A stretch of DNA of 64,000 nucleotides from an uncultured Candidatus Saccharibacteria bacterium (GTDB taxonomy: Bacteria; Patescibacteriota; Minisyncoccia; Phycocordibacterales; UBA9973), in assembly GCA_964553015.1 (NCBI GenBank), contig CAZKJE010000002.1, positions 14,175-78,174 of the forward strand, given 5' to 3'. Below are positions 27,159-36,595 of the stretch, piece after piece; the stretch's first letter is position 1, and each line of letters opens with the position of its first letter. Under the pieces are notes generated by a model that ran no database searches, was not told the origin of the DNA, and worked only from the letters and a program-made list of their open reading frames with translations. A program made the position numbers and the translations under genes.

Positions 27159-28439
27159 ATGAAAAAAGATTTCAAAAAAATTAATAATCAGTCCCTGCCT
27201 GCCGGCCGGCAGGGCGGAGCAGCGATGCTGATAGCCGTAGTTTTTTTTCTGTTTATTTCTTTAGCAATAATTTCCGGCCTCGTGTCGCCGTCTGTGCGCG
27301 AATTCAAAAATGCCAATGATGCGGTCAGATCGAGACAAAGTTTATTTTTGTCCGAATCGGGAACAGAGGACGCCTATTTTAGATTGAAAAATGCAAAAAC
27401 TATAAGCTCTCCGGTGGTGCTGGTTTTAAACGGTAATACTGCGACAACCACTATCACAGATTCCGGATATAACGAAAAAACTGTAACGGCGCTTGGAGAT
27501 GTTTCAGCGCGGCAGAGAAAAAGTGAAATTGTTCTGACCACGGGCGACGGGGTTTCTTTCAGCTATGGTATCCAGTCAGGGGTCGGCGGATTTGTTATAG
27601 GTAACGCTGTCGTGAATGGTAATGTATATTCAAACGGAAATATCACAGGGGCTAATGGCGCTACTATTACCGGTTCGGCTTTTGCCGCCGGAGCGACGGG
27701 GGTTATTGATAATATAGATGTGGGACAGGGAGGCATAGGGGACATAAAAGCGCATACTGTGAATGATTCTACTGCTGCCGGCAATTTATATTGCCAAGTT
27801 GGCTCGAACAATAATAAATCCTGCAATACATCTCAGGCTGATCCGGAAATAGCGCCGATGCCAATCACGGAAGAGATGATTAATAAATGGAAAGCAGATG
27901 CAGAACTTGGCGGAATTTTTACTGGAAACATGATTATATCCGAGCAGACGAGCCTAGGGCCGAAAAAAATTACAGGCAATTTGTCTATTGAGGCTGATGT
28001 AGTTATTACGGGTACTGTTTATGTAACAGGGAATATTACGACTAATAACGGCGCAGAGGTTTCTTTGAGCAGTTCTTATGGGGCTCTCGGCGGAATTATT
28101 GTTGCTGACGGAAGAGTAACTCTTTCCAATAACGTTAAATTTTTTGGATCTGGCACTGCAGGCACATACATATTATTAGTCACTACAAGCGCGTGCCCGA
28201 CGGACTGTTCAGGCTTGAATGCTCTGGAAATTTTAAACAACGTAGGCGCAATACTGGTGAATGCTCAAAATGGCACGGTGCACCTCAACAATAATGTTAC
28301 CCTGAACGAAGTTGTGGGAAATACAATTATTGTAGACAATAGCGCGGTGATAAATTATCTTTCGGGGCTTGCTAACCAAAATTTTTCTTCCGGACCTTCG
28401 GGAGGATGGAACATTGATAGCTGGAAGGAGGTGGAATAA
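27159..28439 (+). CDS. PilX-N-like pilus-associated protein with a G/N-rich beta-helix-like C-region
   Basis: 426 aa. GGAAMLIAVVFFLFISLAIISGLV resembles a PilX N-terminal anchor. It is followed by repetitive GN..NGN.. segments. Carries a GC palindrome at 27198..27213. Confidence 0.55.
   Translation: MKKDFKKINNQSLPAGRQGGAAMLIAVVFFLFISLAIISGLVSPSVREFKNANDAVRSRQSLFLSESGTEDAYFRLKNAKTISSPVVLVLNGNTATTTITDSGYNEKTVTALGDVSARQRKSEIVLTTGDGVSFSYGIQSGVGGFVIGNAVVNGNVYSNGNITGANGATITGSAFAAGATGVIDNIDVGQGGIGDIKAHTVNDSTAAGNLYCQVGSNNNKSCNTSQADPEIAPMPITEEMINKWKADAELGGIFTGNMIISEQTSLGPKKITGNLSIEADVVITGTVYVTGNITTNNGAEVSLSSSYGALGGIIVADGRVTLSNNVKFFGSGTAGTYILLVTTSACPTDCSGLNALEILNNVGAILVNAQNGTVHLNNNVTLNEVVGNTIIVDNSAVINYLSGLANQNFSSGPSGGWNIDSWKEVE
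27198..27213. repeat. Perfect 16-bp GC palindrome near the 5' end of the PilX-like gene
   Basis: CCTGCCGGCCGGCAGG, encoding LPAGRQG just before the membrane anchor. Confidence 0.55.
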
Positions 28440-28458
28440 GGTGTGTTATACTGTACTC

Positions 28459-29229
28459 ATGGCAATGAAAAAGCTCGTAATAGGCAACTGGAAAATGAAT
28501 CCGCTCACCTTAAAAGAAGCGGAAAAACTTTTTAGTGATATCGCTTTTGGAGTATCGCGCACTAAACATACTGATGTCGTAGTATGTCCTCCAGTTTTAT
28601 ATCTTGAAAAATTAACCAAAATCAGAACGAGTAAAATAAAACTCGGCGCGCAGGACAGTTTTTGGGGAGATACTGGCGCTTTTACCGGCGAAGTTTCCTC
28701 GGAAATGCTGTATGAAATTGGAGCACGGTATGTGATATTAGGGCATTCAGAAAGGCGGGCCTTGGGTGAAAGCAATGTTGATGTAAATAAAAAATTAAAA
28801 GGCGCTCTGGCATCAGGTCTTCGCCCCGTGTTGTGCGTAGGTGAAACCGTTCGGGACGAGAATCACGGCTATTTCAGCTTGGTAAAAACACAGCTGGAAG
28901 AATGCCTTGCCGGCATTTCAAAAAACTCAATTTCTAAAATTGTTATTGCCTATGAGCCAGTGTGGGCGATATCCAGCACCGTAAATCGCAAAGATGCCAC
29001 CGCCGATGATTCCAGAGAAATGAGTATTTTTATTAAAAAAATTCTGTCAGACAAATTCGGGAAAGGAGCCTCGGCTGTGAAAATAATATACGGCGGATCT
29101 GCCAATGAAAAAGATGCGGAAGATTTTCTCTCAAACGGAGGAGTGGACGGACTTCTTGCGGGTCGGGCCAGCTTGAGTGCCAAAAAATTCACGGAAATTG
29201 TAAAAATATGCGAAACATTAAGTCGTTAA
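28459..29229 (+). CDS. tpiA: Triosephosphate isomerase
   Basis: Start moved to ATG 28459. VIGNWKMN, LGHSERR and AYEPVWAI motifs. Confidence 0.9.
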   Translation: MAMKKLVIGNWKMNPLTLKEAEKLFSDIAFGVSRTKHTDVVVCPPVLYLEKLTKIRTSKIKLGAQDSFWGDTGAFTGEVSSEMLYEIGARYVILGHSERRALGESNVDVNKKLKGALASGLRPVLCVGETVRDENHGYFSLVKTQLEECLAGISKNSISKIVIAYEPVWAISSTVNRKDATADDSREMSIFIKKILSDKFGKGASAVKIIYGGSANEKDAEDFLSNGGVDGLLAGRASLSAKKFTEIVKICETLSR

Positions 29230-30350
29230 AGTCTGCAAAAAATTTAAAAGGAAAAACAATACTCCTGCGGGTAGATTTTAATGTGCCGGTTAAGGATGGC
29301 AGAGTTCAGGATGACTTCAGAATCGCTAGAGCGCTCCCCACCATAAAATTTTTGCAGAAAAAAGGAGCGAAAATAATTTTAATCACCCACTTGGGCAGAG
29401 GCGGGGATACGCTTCTGCCCGTTCATAAAGTTTTAAATAAATATCTAAAAACAAAATTTATTCCCAAAATTCTTGGGCCGGAAGTTTCGGCTGCAATTTC
29501 AGGCATGAAAAATGGAGATGTGATTTTACTTGAAAATTTACGCAATAACACAGGCGAAAAAGAGTGCAGTAAAATTTTCGCTCTTGAGTTGTCAGAACTA
29601 GCTGAAATGTATGTGAATGAAGCTTTTCCCGTTTCCCACAGAGGAGACGCTTCAATTGTTCTATTGCCCAAAATATTACCTGCGTATGCAGGACTCCAGC
29701 TTGAAGAAGAAGTAAAAAATCTGTCTCACGCCTTGAAAAAGCCCAAGCATCCGTTTTTGTTTATCTTGGGCGGCGCAAAATTTTCAACTAAAATGCCGTT
29801 AATCAAAAAATACCTAAAACTTGCTGACCATGTTTTTATCGGCGGAGCTTTGGCAAATGACTTTTTGAAAGCTAAAGGCTATGAAATAGGGCAGTCTCTG
29901 GTAAGCGACACAAGTTTTGAAATTGCAGAAATTTTAAAAAGTAAACTTGCCCGCCATGGCGGAAAATTAATAATACCCTCCGATTTTTTGGTAAAATCCG
30001 GCGACAAGCTGATTAATAAAAAAGCTGATCAGGTAAAAAGCGATGAAATTATTTTAGATATTGGAAAAGAAACGATAGAAAATCTTGCCCCCCTGATTAA
30101 AAAGTCAAAACTTATTTTATGGAACGGACCACTGGGCAAATATGAAGATGGCGGCGCACAAGGCACAAAAGAAATACTAAAAATCACTGCAGCATCAAAA
30201 GCTGAGACAATCATAGGCGGAGGAGACACGGTCGCTTTAATTTCTGAAATGAAATTAGAAAAAAAGTTTTCCTTTGTTTCTACAGGGGGAGGCGCTACGC
30301 TGGATTTTCTTGCAAACGGAACCTTGCCGGGAATCAAAGCGCTTCTATAA
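29208..30350 (+). CDS. pgk: Phosphoglycerate kinase
   Basis: 380 aa. RVDFNVP N-terminal motif, GGGDT, STGGGA. Overlaps the tpiA end by 22 nt. Confidence 0.95.
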   Translation: MRNIKSLKSAKNLKGKTILLRVDFNVPVKDGRVQDDFRIARALPTIKFLQKKGAKIILITHLGRGGDTLLPVHKVLNKYLKTKFIPKILGPEVSAAISGMKNGDVILLENLRNNTGEKECSKIFALELSELAEMYVNEAFPVSHRGDASIVLLPKILPAYAGLQLEEEVKNLSHALKKPKHPFLFILGGAKFSTKMPLIKKYLKLADHVFIGGALANDFLKAKGYEIGQSLVSDTSFEIAEILKSKLARHGGKLIIPSDFLVKSGDKLINKKADQVKSDEIILDIGKETIENLAPLIKKSKLILWNGPLGKYEDGGAQGTKEILKITAASKAETIIGGGDTVALISEMKLEKKFSFVSTGGGATLDFLANGTLPGIKALL

Positions 30351-30693
30351 TCTTCTGTGCGTTTCCTGCTAAATCTTTTTCGTCGCCGACGGTTTCCGGC
30401 CAGACCCAGATATGCGCATGATGTATTTCTTCGCCGTATACTTGCGAGCGGACTATGTCCGCATTAAAAGCTTTCTTTTGCGCGAGCGCAATTTTTCTGG
30501 CAACTTCGAAATATTCTCCTATGTTTGGCACTTCCCATACCCAGCGGAAATGTTTCTTTGGAATGATCTGCACGTGCCCCGGAGCTATAGGCCGTATATC
30601 TAGAAAGGCTAAAAAATTGCTGTCTTCATATATCTTTGTAGCAGGTATCTCACCTTTTACAATTTTGCAGAAAATACAATTTTGTTCATTCAT
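30334..30693 (-). CDS. HIT-family nucleotide hydrolase/transferase
   Basis: 119 aa. Histidine triad EIHHAHIWVWP and HVQIIPKKH. Its 3' end overlaps the pgk 3' end by 17 nt (convergent). Confidence 0.85.
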   Translation of the reverse strand: MNEQNCIFCKIVKGEIPATKIYEDSNFLAFLDIRPIAPGHVQIIPKKHFRWVWEVPNIGEYFEVARKIALAQKKAFNADIVRSQVYGEEIHHAHIWVWPETVGDEKDLAGNAQKIIEAL

Positions 30694-30713
30694 AAGAATA
30701 TTATATCAAATTA

Positions 30714-30722
30714 TGCTAGAAT
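30714..30722 (+). promoter_or_regulatory. Extended -10 (TGcTAGAAT) 7 nt upstream of the recJ ATG
   Basis: The hexamer ends at 30722 and the ATG is at 30730. No SD is present. Confidence 0.5.
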
Positions 30723-30729
30723 TTCACCT

Positions 30730-32388
30730 ATGCATCAGTATGGCGAGCTGCTAAGGAGTCTTTTAGAGAAAAGGGGAATTTCTGATCTGGAAAAAGCGGA
30801 TATTTTCCTGAACCCCAGCTATGAACGCGATTTGCATGACCCTTTTTTAATGCGCGACATGGAGCGTGCCTGTGTTCGACTGCTTGAAGCCATTGAAAAA
30901 AAAGAGAAAATAGTGATATATGCAGACTACGACTGCGATGGCATACCGGGGGCTGTAATATTAAACGACCTGTTTAAATTACTGAATTATAAAAACTATG
31001 AAGTATATATACCACAGAGAAATTCTGAAGGCTATGGACTAAACATCGAAGCCATAGATAAGTTTAGAGATTCTGGCATCAAACTTATAATAACTATAGA
31101 CTTGGGGATCACGGCAGTAGAAGAAGTTGCTAAAGCAAAAACTTACGGCATTGATACGATAATAACCGATCACCATATTCCTCATGCGGTTCTGCCGGAG
31201 GCGTTTGCAATTCTAAATCCAAAAGTAGATGATTATCCGGAAAAAATGCTCTGTGGGGCGGGGGTAGCTTTTAAGTTTGCGCAGGGAATGATAAAGATGG
31301 CAAATGGTGATTTTGCCTTTAAAATAAAGCCCGGCGCCGAAAAATGGATGCTAGATATGGCAGGGCTCGCCACTCTTTCCGATATGGTGCCGTTAACGGG
31401 GGAGAACAGAGCTATTGCATATTTCGGAATGAAAGTTATGAAAAAATCTCCGCGCCCGGGTCTGCAAAAACTGCTTGCAAAAATGAATATTGATCAGCGA
31501 TATTTGTCTGAAGACGATATCGGTTTTATGGTTACCCCGAGATTAAACGCGGCCTCGCGCATGGATGATCCGATGCGGGCGTACGAACTTCTTTCCACTG
31601 ATGATGAGGTAGAAGCCGGAAGACTTGCTAGCCATCTGTCAAAAATAAACGACGACAGAAAAAGTTTGGTAAAAGGAATCATGCGGGAAGTTAATAAACA
31701 CTTTGAGGAGAGAAAGGAGACGGATGTGATAGTGATCGGGAATCCGGGGTGGCGCGTGGGCATACTCGGGCTTGTGGCCGGTAAAATATGCGACGAATAC
31801 GAAAAACCGGTTTTCGTGTGGGGGAAAGATGAAAATGACTGCATAAAAGGCTCCTGCCGAAGCGATGGATCGGTATCTGTGGTGGAGCTTATGACCGAAG
31901 CCAAAGATTCGTTCGTAGATTTTGGAGGACACGAGCTTGCCGGAGGATTTACAGTACGGAATGAAAAGATCCATTTTCTGGAAGAAGCATTGTCTGTATC
32001 TTTTCAAAAAGTAAAAAGGGCAGTAGCGGAAAATAAAGCTCTGCATGATGTTAAAACGGAATTAGGCGCGGTCAATATAAAAAACTGGAGAGATATAGAA
32101 AAAATGTCGCCCTTCGGACTCGCTAATCATAAGCCGGTTTTTCTATTTGAGAAAGCAAAAATTGAAAAAATAAAAAAATTCGGCAAAAATGGTTCCGGTG
32201 AGCATTTGGAAATAGTTTTTTCAGACGAAAGCAGCAAAAAAGCCACAGCCGTTTCTTTCTTTTCTGGGATTGATTCATTTGGCAAGCTATTGGAGGAAGC
32301 AAAAAATGTAAATGTTCTGGCGACTTTTGATCTGTCTAGGTTTAGAGGCAGAGAGGAGCTTCGTTTGAGAATTGTTGATATAATATAG
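30730..32388 (+). CDS. recJ: Single-stranded-DNA-specific exonuclease RecJ
   Basis: Start moved to ATG 30730. DHH motifs (DYDCDGI, ITDHH) and DHHA1 motif GGHELAGG. Confidence 0.9.
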   Translation: MHQYGELLRSLLEKRGISDLEKADIFLNPSYERDLHDPFLMRDMERACVRLLEAIEKKEKIVIYADYDCDGIPGAVILNDLFKLLNYKNYEVYIPQRNSEGYGLNIEAIDKFRDSGIKLIITIDLGITAVEEVAKAKTYGIDTIITDHHIPHAVLPEAFAILNPKVDDYPEKMLCGAGVAFKFAQGMIKMANGDFAFKIKPGAEKWMLDMAGLATLSDMVPLTGENRAIAYFGMKVMKKSPRPGLQKLLAKMNIDQRYLSEDDIGFMVTPRLNAASRMDDPMRAYELLSTDDEVEAGRLASHLSKINDDRKSLVKGIMREVNKHFEERKETDVIVIGNPGWRVGILGLVAGKICDEYEKPVFVWGKDENDCIKGSCRSDGSVSVVELMTEAKDSFVDFGGHELAGGFTVRNEKIHFLEEALSVSFQKVKRAVAENKALHDVKTELGAVNIKNWRDIEKMSPFGLANHKPVFLFEKAKIEKIKKFGKNGSGEHLEIVFSDESSKKATAVSFFSGIDSFGKLLEEAKNVNVLATFDLSRFRGREELRLRIVDII

Positions 32389-32390
32389 AA

Positions 32391-32882
32391 GTGACAGAGA
32401 AAACTATTAAAATTTATACTGACGGTTCAGCCAGAGGAAATCCGGGAAAAGCAGGCTGGGGAGCTGTTTTTCTTTTAGGCGATAAAGTTTTTGAAATGGG
32501 CGGGCGGTCCGATCACGCGACAAATAATCAGATGGAGCTCACTGCGCCAATAGAAGCGCTTAAATATTTAAAAAAATCCCCTAGGCAAGGTCTAGGGGAA
32601 AAAATTACACAGGGGAGTTCTGTGCAAATCGTGTCTGACTCAAAGTATGTTATTTTAGGTATTACCGAGTGGATCTTAAACTGGCAGAAAAATAATTGGC
32701 GAAATGCCGCAAAAAAGCCTGTTATGAATCGAGAACTTTGGGAAGAGCTGTACAAGCTTACGGAAGAATTAAAAACAACATGGGAATATGTAAAAGGCCA
32801 CAACGGCGACAAATATAATGACCGAGCAGATGAAATAGCGACAAGCTTTGCAGACAATGAGCCAGTGGAGTTGAAAAAATAA
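32391..32882 (+). CDS. rnhA: Ribonuclease HI
   Basis: 163 aa, GTG start. DGSARGNPG, NNQMEL, SDSKYV, KGHNGDKYNDRADEIA. Contains an in-frame palindrome at 32578..32598. Confidence 0.9.
   Translation: MTEKTIKIYTDGSARGNPGKAGWGAVFLLGDKVFEMGGRSDHATNNQMELTAPIEALKYLKKSPRQGLGEKITQGSSVQIVSDSKYVILGITEWILNWQKNNWRNAAKKPVMNRELWEELYKLTEELKTTWEYVKGHNGDKYNDRADEIATSFADNEPVELKK
32578..32598. repeat. GC-rich palindromic element, in frame in rnhA
   Basis: CCCCTAG-GCAAGGT-CTAGGGG (perfect 7-bp stem) encoding SPRQGLG. The ALK-to-VQIVSDS spacing is about 15 aa longer than in E. coli RNase HI as recalled from memory. Confidence 0.65.
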
Positions 32883-32890
32883 ATATTTCA

Positions 32891-34456
32891 ATGCAAGATA
32901 AAATTTTTCATACGGTTTGTTTTGGATTTTTATTCGGAGTGCTGTTGCGCTCCTTCTTTTTTATAAGTATATATTTTTCGCTATTAGCCGGAATTATAAC
33001 GCTCGCTTTAATTTTATTTTTTACTCTTATATCCTTCGGCCATAGCCCTACCCTCGGGCGTAGTCCTACGGGCGAGCCGGGTGAGGCAAAAAGCAAATGG
33101 GGAGTTCTGATATCTGTTTTTATTTTTGCCTTTAGTTTTGGAGTTTTTAGATTTGGTCTTGCAGATGTGCCAAATCCTGTCGCCTTTGAATCTCAAGTAG
33201 GCGAAAAAATAACTCTCTCTGGGGAAATTGTAGATGAGTCCAGTATTAGAGAAAATAATCAGCAATTGATTATCGAAACAGAAAAAGAAGCGAGTATAGA
33301 TAGTAAGACAGGAATTTTATTATCAGTAAGTTTGAGTGAGAGTTATAAATACGGTGATAAGATAAATTTTACAGGAACTCTGAAAAAACCGGAAAATTTT
33401 ATCACGGATACCGGCAAAGAGTTTGATTATATAAATTATCTGCGCAAGGACGGCATTTTATACGTCATGAGTTATCCCAAAGTTGAAATTATTTCGCGCG
33501 GCAATGGTAATTTAATAAAAAAATATTTATTTCTCATAAAAGAAAAATTTCTAAATAAAGTGAATTTAGTTATAGCAAGTCCGGAAAATTTATTAATGGG
33601 TGGATTGATCTTGGGGGAGAAATCATCTTTTAGCAAAGATCTCCGGCAGGATTTCGTAGACACCGGCACGATACACATCGTCGCTCTGTCTGGCTACAAT
33701 ATCACCATAGTCGCTGAATGGTTTATGAAACTTTTCGCTCAACTGCCATACCTGTCTAAAAATTTTGGCATAGGCATGGGTGTTTTTGCTATTATATTAT
33801 TTATTTTGATGACGGGCGGAAGTTCGACGGCAGTCCGCGCCGGCATTATGGCAACTCTCGCTCTCGTGGCTAGGGCGACGGGAAGAAATTATGATGTGGC
33901 GCGGGCATTAATTCTTGCCGGAGTCGGCATGATACTTATTAATCCATTTATTTTAGCCTTTGATGTTTCTTTCGAACTTTCTTTTATCGCAACCGTTGCC
34001 GTGATATTCCTAGCGCCAAGAATAGAAAAATATTTTCTATGGGTCACCGAAAGTTTTGGCCTGCGGGACATAGTGTCTGTAACTTGTGCTGCATACATTT
34101 TTGTCTTCCCTTTTATTCTATACAAAATGGGCAATTTATCTCTCGTAGCTCTGCCGGCAAACATTTTAATACTTCCCTTTATTCCGTTTACTATGATGCT
34201 TGGATTTCTGACTGGTATCGCCGGTCTTGTTTTGCCGATATTGTCCCTGCCCATTGGCTATATATCTTATCTTTTTTTACATTATGAGCTATGGGTTATT
34301 AAATTTTTTGCAAATTTGCCGTTTGCGTCATTTTCTTTTCCGAATTTCCCGCTTTTCCTCACTTTGCTAATTTATGCCTATTTTGTCTACTATCTTTTCG
34401 GCAGAAATATAAAAGATTTTTTTAATATGGATAAAGACGAAATAGAAATATTGTAA
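32891..34456 (+). CDS. comEC: ComEC/Rec2 DNA-uptake channel, membrane part
   Basis: 521 aa polytopic protein. DUF4131-like N-part and a Competence domain (TGTIHIVALSGYNITIV). Contains an imperfect GC palindrome at 33053..33076. Confidence 0.8.
   Translation: MQDKIFHTVCFGFLFGVLLRSFFFISIYFSLLAGIITLALILFFTLISFGHSPTLGRSPTGEPGEAKSKWGVLISVFIFAFSFGVFRFGLADVPNPVAFESQVGEKITLSGEIVDESSIRENNQQLIIETEKEASIDSKTGILLSVSLSESYKYGDKINFTGTLKKPENFITDTGKEFDYINYLRKDGILYVMSYPKVEIISRGNGNLIKKYLFLIKEKFLNKVNLVIASPENLLMGGLILGEKSSFSKDLRQDFVDTGTIHIVALSGYNITIVAEWFMKLFAQLPYLSKNFGIGMGVFAIILFILMTGGSSTAVRAGIMATLALVARATGRNYDVARALILAGVGMILINPFILAFDVSFELSFIATVAVIFLAPRIEKYFLWVTESFGLRDIVSVTCAAYIFVFPFILYKMGNLSLVALPANILILPFIPFTMMLGFLTGIAGLVLPILSLPIGYISYLFLHYELWVIKFFANLPFASFSFPNFPLFLTLLIYAYFVYYLFGRNIKDFFNMDKDEIEIL
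33053..33076. repeat. GC-rich imperfect palindrome, in frame in comEC
   Basis: CTCGGGCGTAG-tc-CTACGGGCGAG (9 of 11 positions pair), within the peptide HSPTLGRSPTGEPGEA between TM segments. Confidence 0.5.
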
Positions 34457-34457
34457 T

Positions 34458-35327
34458 ATGCCAAAAAATTCTAAAAACTACAACTTGCTGATCCTGACTA
34501 TTTTCCTCGTAGTAATAAATATTTTTCTCGCACATGCTGACTGGCAGAATTCGCACAGGGTTCTGACTTTTGCTATGCTTGATGTGGGGCAGGGGGATGC
34601 GCTTTTTATAGAATCACCAACGGGTACGCAAATTCTTTTTGACGCCGGATCTGTGCGGAAAATTTTAGGACCGCTTAAGCGCCTGATGTCTCCCATTGAT
34701 AAAACAATAGATGCTATCGTGATAACAAATCCAGATGCGGATCATATCGGCGGATTTTCTGATATTATAAAAAATTATAAAGTAGGGGCTGTCTTGGAGC
34801 CGGGGACGCTGAACGATTCAAAAACTTTTCAAAATTTAAAAGAAGAAATAGACAGGCAAAAAATTCCGAATATATTAGCAATGCGAGGCATGAGAATTGA
34901 TATGAGCGGGGGAGTAATGATAGAAATTTTATTTCCGGATCGCGAAGTGAGAGAATGGAGCACAAACGACGGCTCAATAGTCGCGCGCCTTACTTACGGC
35001 AATACTTCTATTATGCTTACCGGAGACTCTACTACAAAAACAGAAGAAATAATTCTAAAGAAAAATAATATTTCAGAGCTTAAAAGCGCGGTATTAAAAG
35101 TGGGGCATCATGGCTCGCGCACCTCTACTTCATCTTCATTTGCCGAAGCGGTTTTGCCCGCGTATGCTCTTATATCAGACGGCGTAGACAATAAATATGG
35201 TCATCCGCATAAGGAAACTCTGGACACATTAACGAAGGTTGGCGCAAAAATCTTGCGCACTGATTTGCTTGGCACGATAATCATGAAATCAGATGGTAAA
35301 AATGAGACCTTTTCATTCCACAAGTAA
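34458..35327 (+). CDS. ComEC-type metallo-beta-lactamase domain protein (separate ORF)
   Basis: 289 aa. Has its own N-terminal TM segment. LDVGQGDALFIE and ITNPDADHIGG motifs. Starts 1 nt after the comEC stop, in another frame. Confidence 0.8.
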   Translation: MPKNSKNYNLLILTIFLVVINIFLAHADWQNSHRVLTFAMLDVGQGDALFIESPTGTQILFDAGSVRKILGPLKRLMSPIDKTIDAIVITNPDADHIGGFSDIIKNYKVGAVLEPGTLNDSKTFQNLKEEIDRQKIPNILAMRGMRIDMSGGVMIEILFPDREVREWSTNDGSIVARLTYGNTSIMLTGDSTTKTEEIILKKNNISELKSAVLKVGHHGSRTSTSSSFAEAVLPAYALISDGVDNKYGHPHKETLDTLTKVGAKILRTDLLGTIIMKSDGKNETFSFHK

Positions 35328-35331
35328 CTTG

Positions 35332-35340
35332 TGATAGTAT
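35332..35340 (+). promoter_or_regulatory. Extended -10 (TGaTAGTAT) 6 nt upstream of the glyA ATG
   Basis: The hexamer ends at 35340 and the ATG is at 35347. No SD is present. Confidence 0.5.
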
Positions 35341-35346
35341 ATAAAG

Positions 35347-36591
35347 ATGAAAGATAAAAAAATAGAAATGCTAATTAAAGGGGAGGAAAAAAGGCAACGG
35401 GAAGGGCTGGAGTTGATACCTTCAGAAAACTATGTTTCAGAAGACGTGCTTAAGGCGAATGGGTCAGTTTTTACAAACAAATATTCAGAAGGCTATCCGG
35501 GCAGGCGGTATTATGGTGGGCAGGATTTTACCGATCAGGTGGAAAGGCTAGCTATAGAAAGGATTTGCAAGCTTTTTAAATGTAAATTTGCGAATGTGCA
35601 GCCTCATTCCGGCGCGCCGGCAAACTTGGCAGTATACGCTGCGCTTCTGGAACCGGGCGATACCGTCCTAGGCATGGATCTCTCTCACGGCGGACACCTG
35701 ACCCACGGCCACCCGATGACTCTGCCGGCAAAGATATATAAATTCGTCACCTATAAAATGAAAAATCCGGATACCGGAGAAATTGATTACGAAGATATGC
35801 GAAAAGTGGCGCTTGCGACCAAACCGAAATTAATTATCGCCGGATTTTCTGCATATCCAAGAACTCTGGACTACAAAAAATTCGTGGATATTGCGCATGA
35901 AGTAGGGGCGATAACCATGGCCGACATGGCGCACATCGCCGGACTCATTGCTGCAGGCGTACTTCGTAATCCTTTTGATGATGGTTTTGATATTATTACT
36001 TCCACGACACACAAAACTCTCCGTGGTCCGCGCGGAGGAATAATTCTTACCCGCGAGAGCGAAGAAATAGCAAAGAAAATAGATAAATCAATTTTCCCCG
36101 GTATTCAGGGCGGCCCGCACATGCACACAATCGCGGCCAAAGCTGTCGCCTTTGGAGAAGCTATGACTCCAAAATATAAAACATATGCCAAGCAGATTCT
36201 GAAAAATGCGAAAGCCATGGCAGAAATTTTCAAGAAAAATAAAGTTCGCATGATCGGCGGCGGCACGGATAATCACCTAATTTTGGCAGATGTGTTTGGC
36301 TCGCTCGGAGTAACCGGCAAAGAAGCGCAGACTGTGCTGGACGAAGTAGGCATTACTTTGAACATGAATTCCATTGCGGGGGATACCAGAAAACCGCTTG
36401 ATCCTTCCGGTATCAGGTTTGGAACTCCGGCTATAACAACCAGAGGATTTAAAGAAAAAGAATGCAAAAAAGTTGCAGAAATGATGATCACAGTGCTAAA
36501 AAATAAAGACGATAAAAAGATAAAAGAATCAATCCACCAAGAAATCAAAAAACTTGCCAAAAAGTTTCCGATCCCAAAGAAGTTTGTATAA
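35347..36591 (+). CDS. glyA: Serine hydroxymethyltransferase
   Basis: 414 aa. SHGGHLTHG and the PLP-lysine context TSTTHKTLRGPRGG. Confidence 0.95.
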   Translation: MKDKKIEMLIKGEEKRQREGLELIPSENYVSEDVLKANGSVFTNKYSEGYPGRRYYGGQDFTDQVERLAIERICKLFKCKFANVQPHSGAPANLAVYAALLEPGDTVLGMDLSHGGHLTHGHPMTLPAKIYKFVTYKMKNPDTGEIDYEDMRKVALATKPKLIIAGFSAYPRTLDYKKFVDIAHEVGAITMADMAHIAGLIAAGVLRNPFDDGFDIITSTTHKTLRGPRGGIILTRESEEIAKKIDKSIFPGIQGGPHMHTIAAKAVAFGEAMTPKYKTYAKQILKNAKAMAEIFKKNKVRMIGGGTDNHLILADVFGSLGVTGKEAQTVLDEVGITLNMNSIAGDTRKPLDPSGIRFGTPAITTRGFKEKECKKVAEMMITVLKNKDDKKIKESIHQEIKKLAKKFPIPKKFV

Positions 36592-36595
36592 AATT

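Noticed and set aside
29951-29962. Perfect palindrome CCGCCATGGCGG inside pgk, as another inserted element.
   Set aside because: The encoded ARHGGK segment aligns without extra length to the usual PGK sequence at this position as far as can be judged, so it is probably a chance palindrome.
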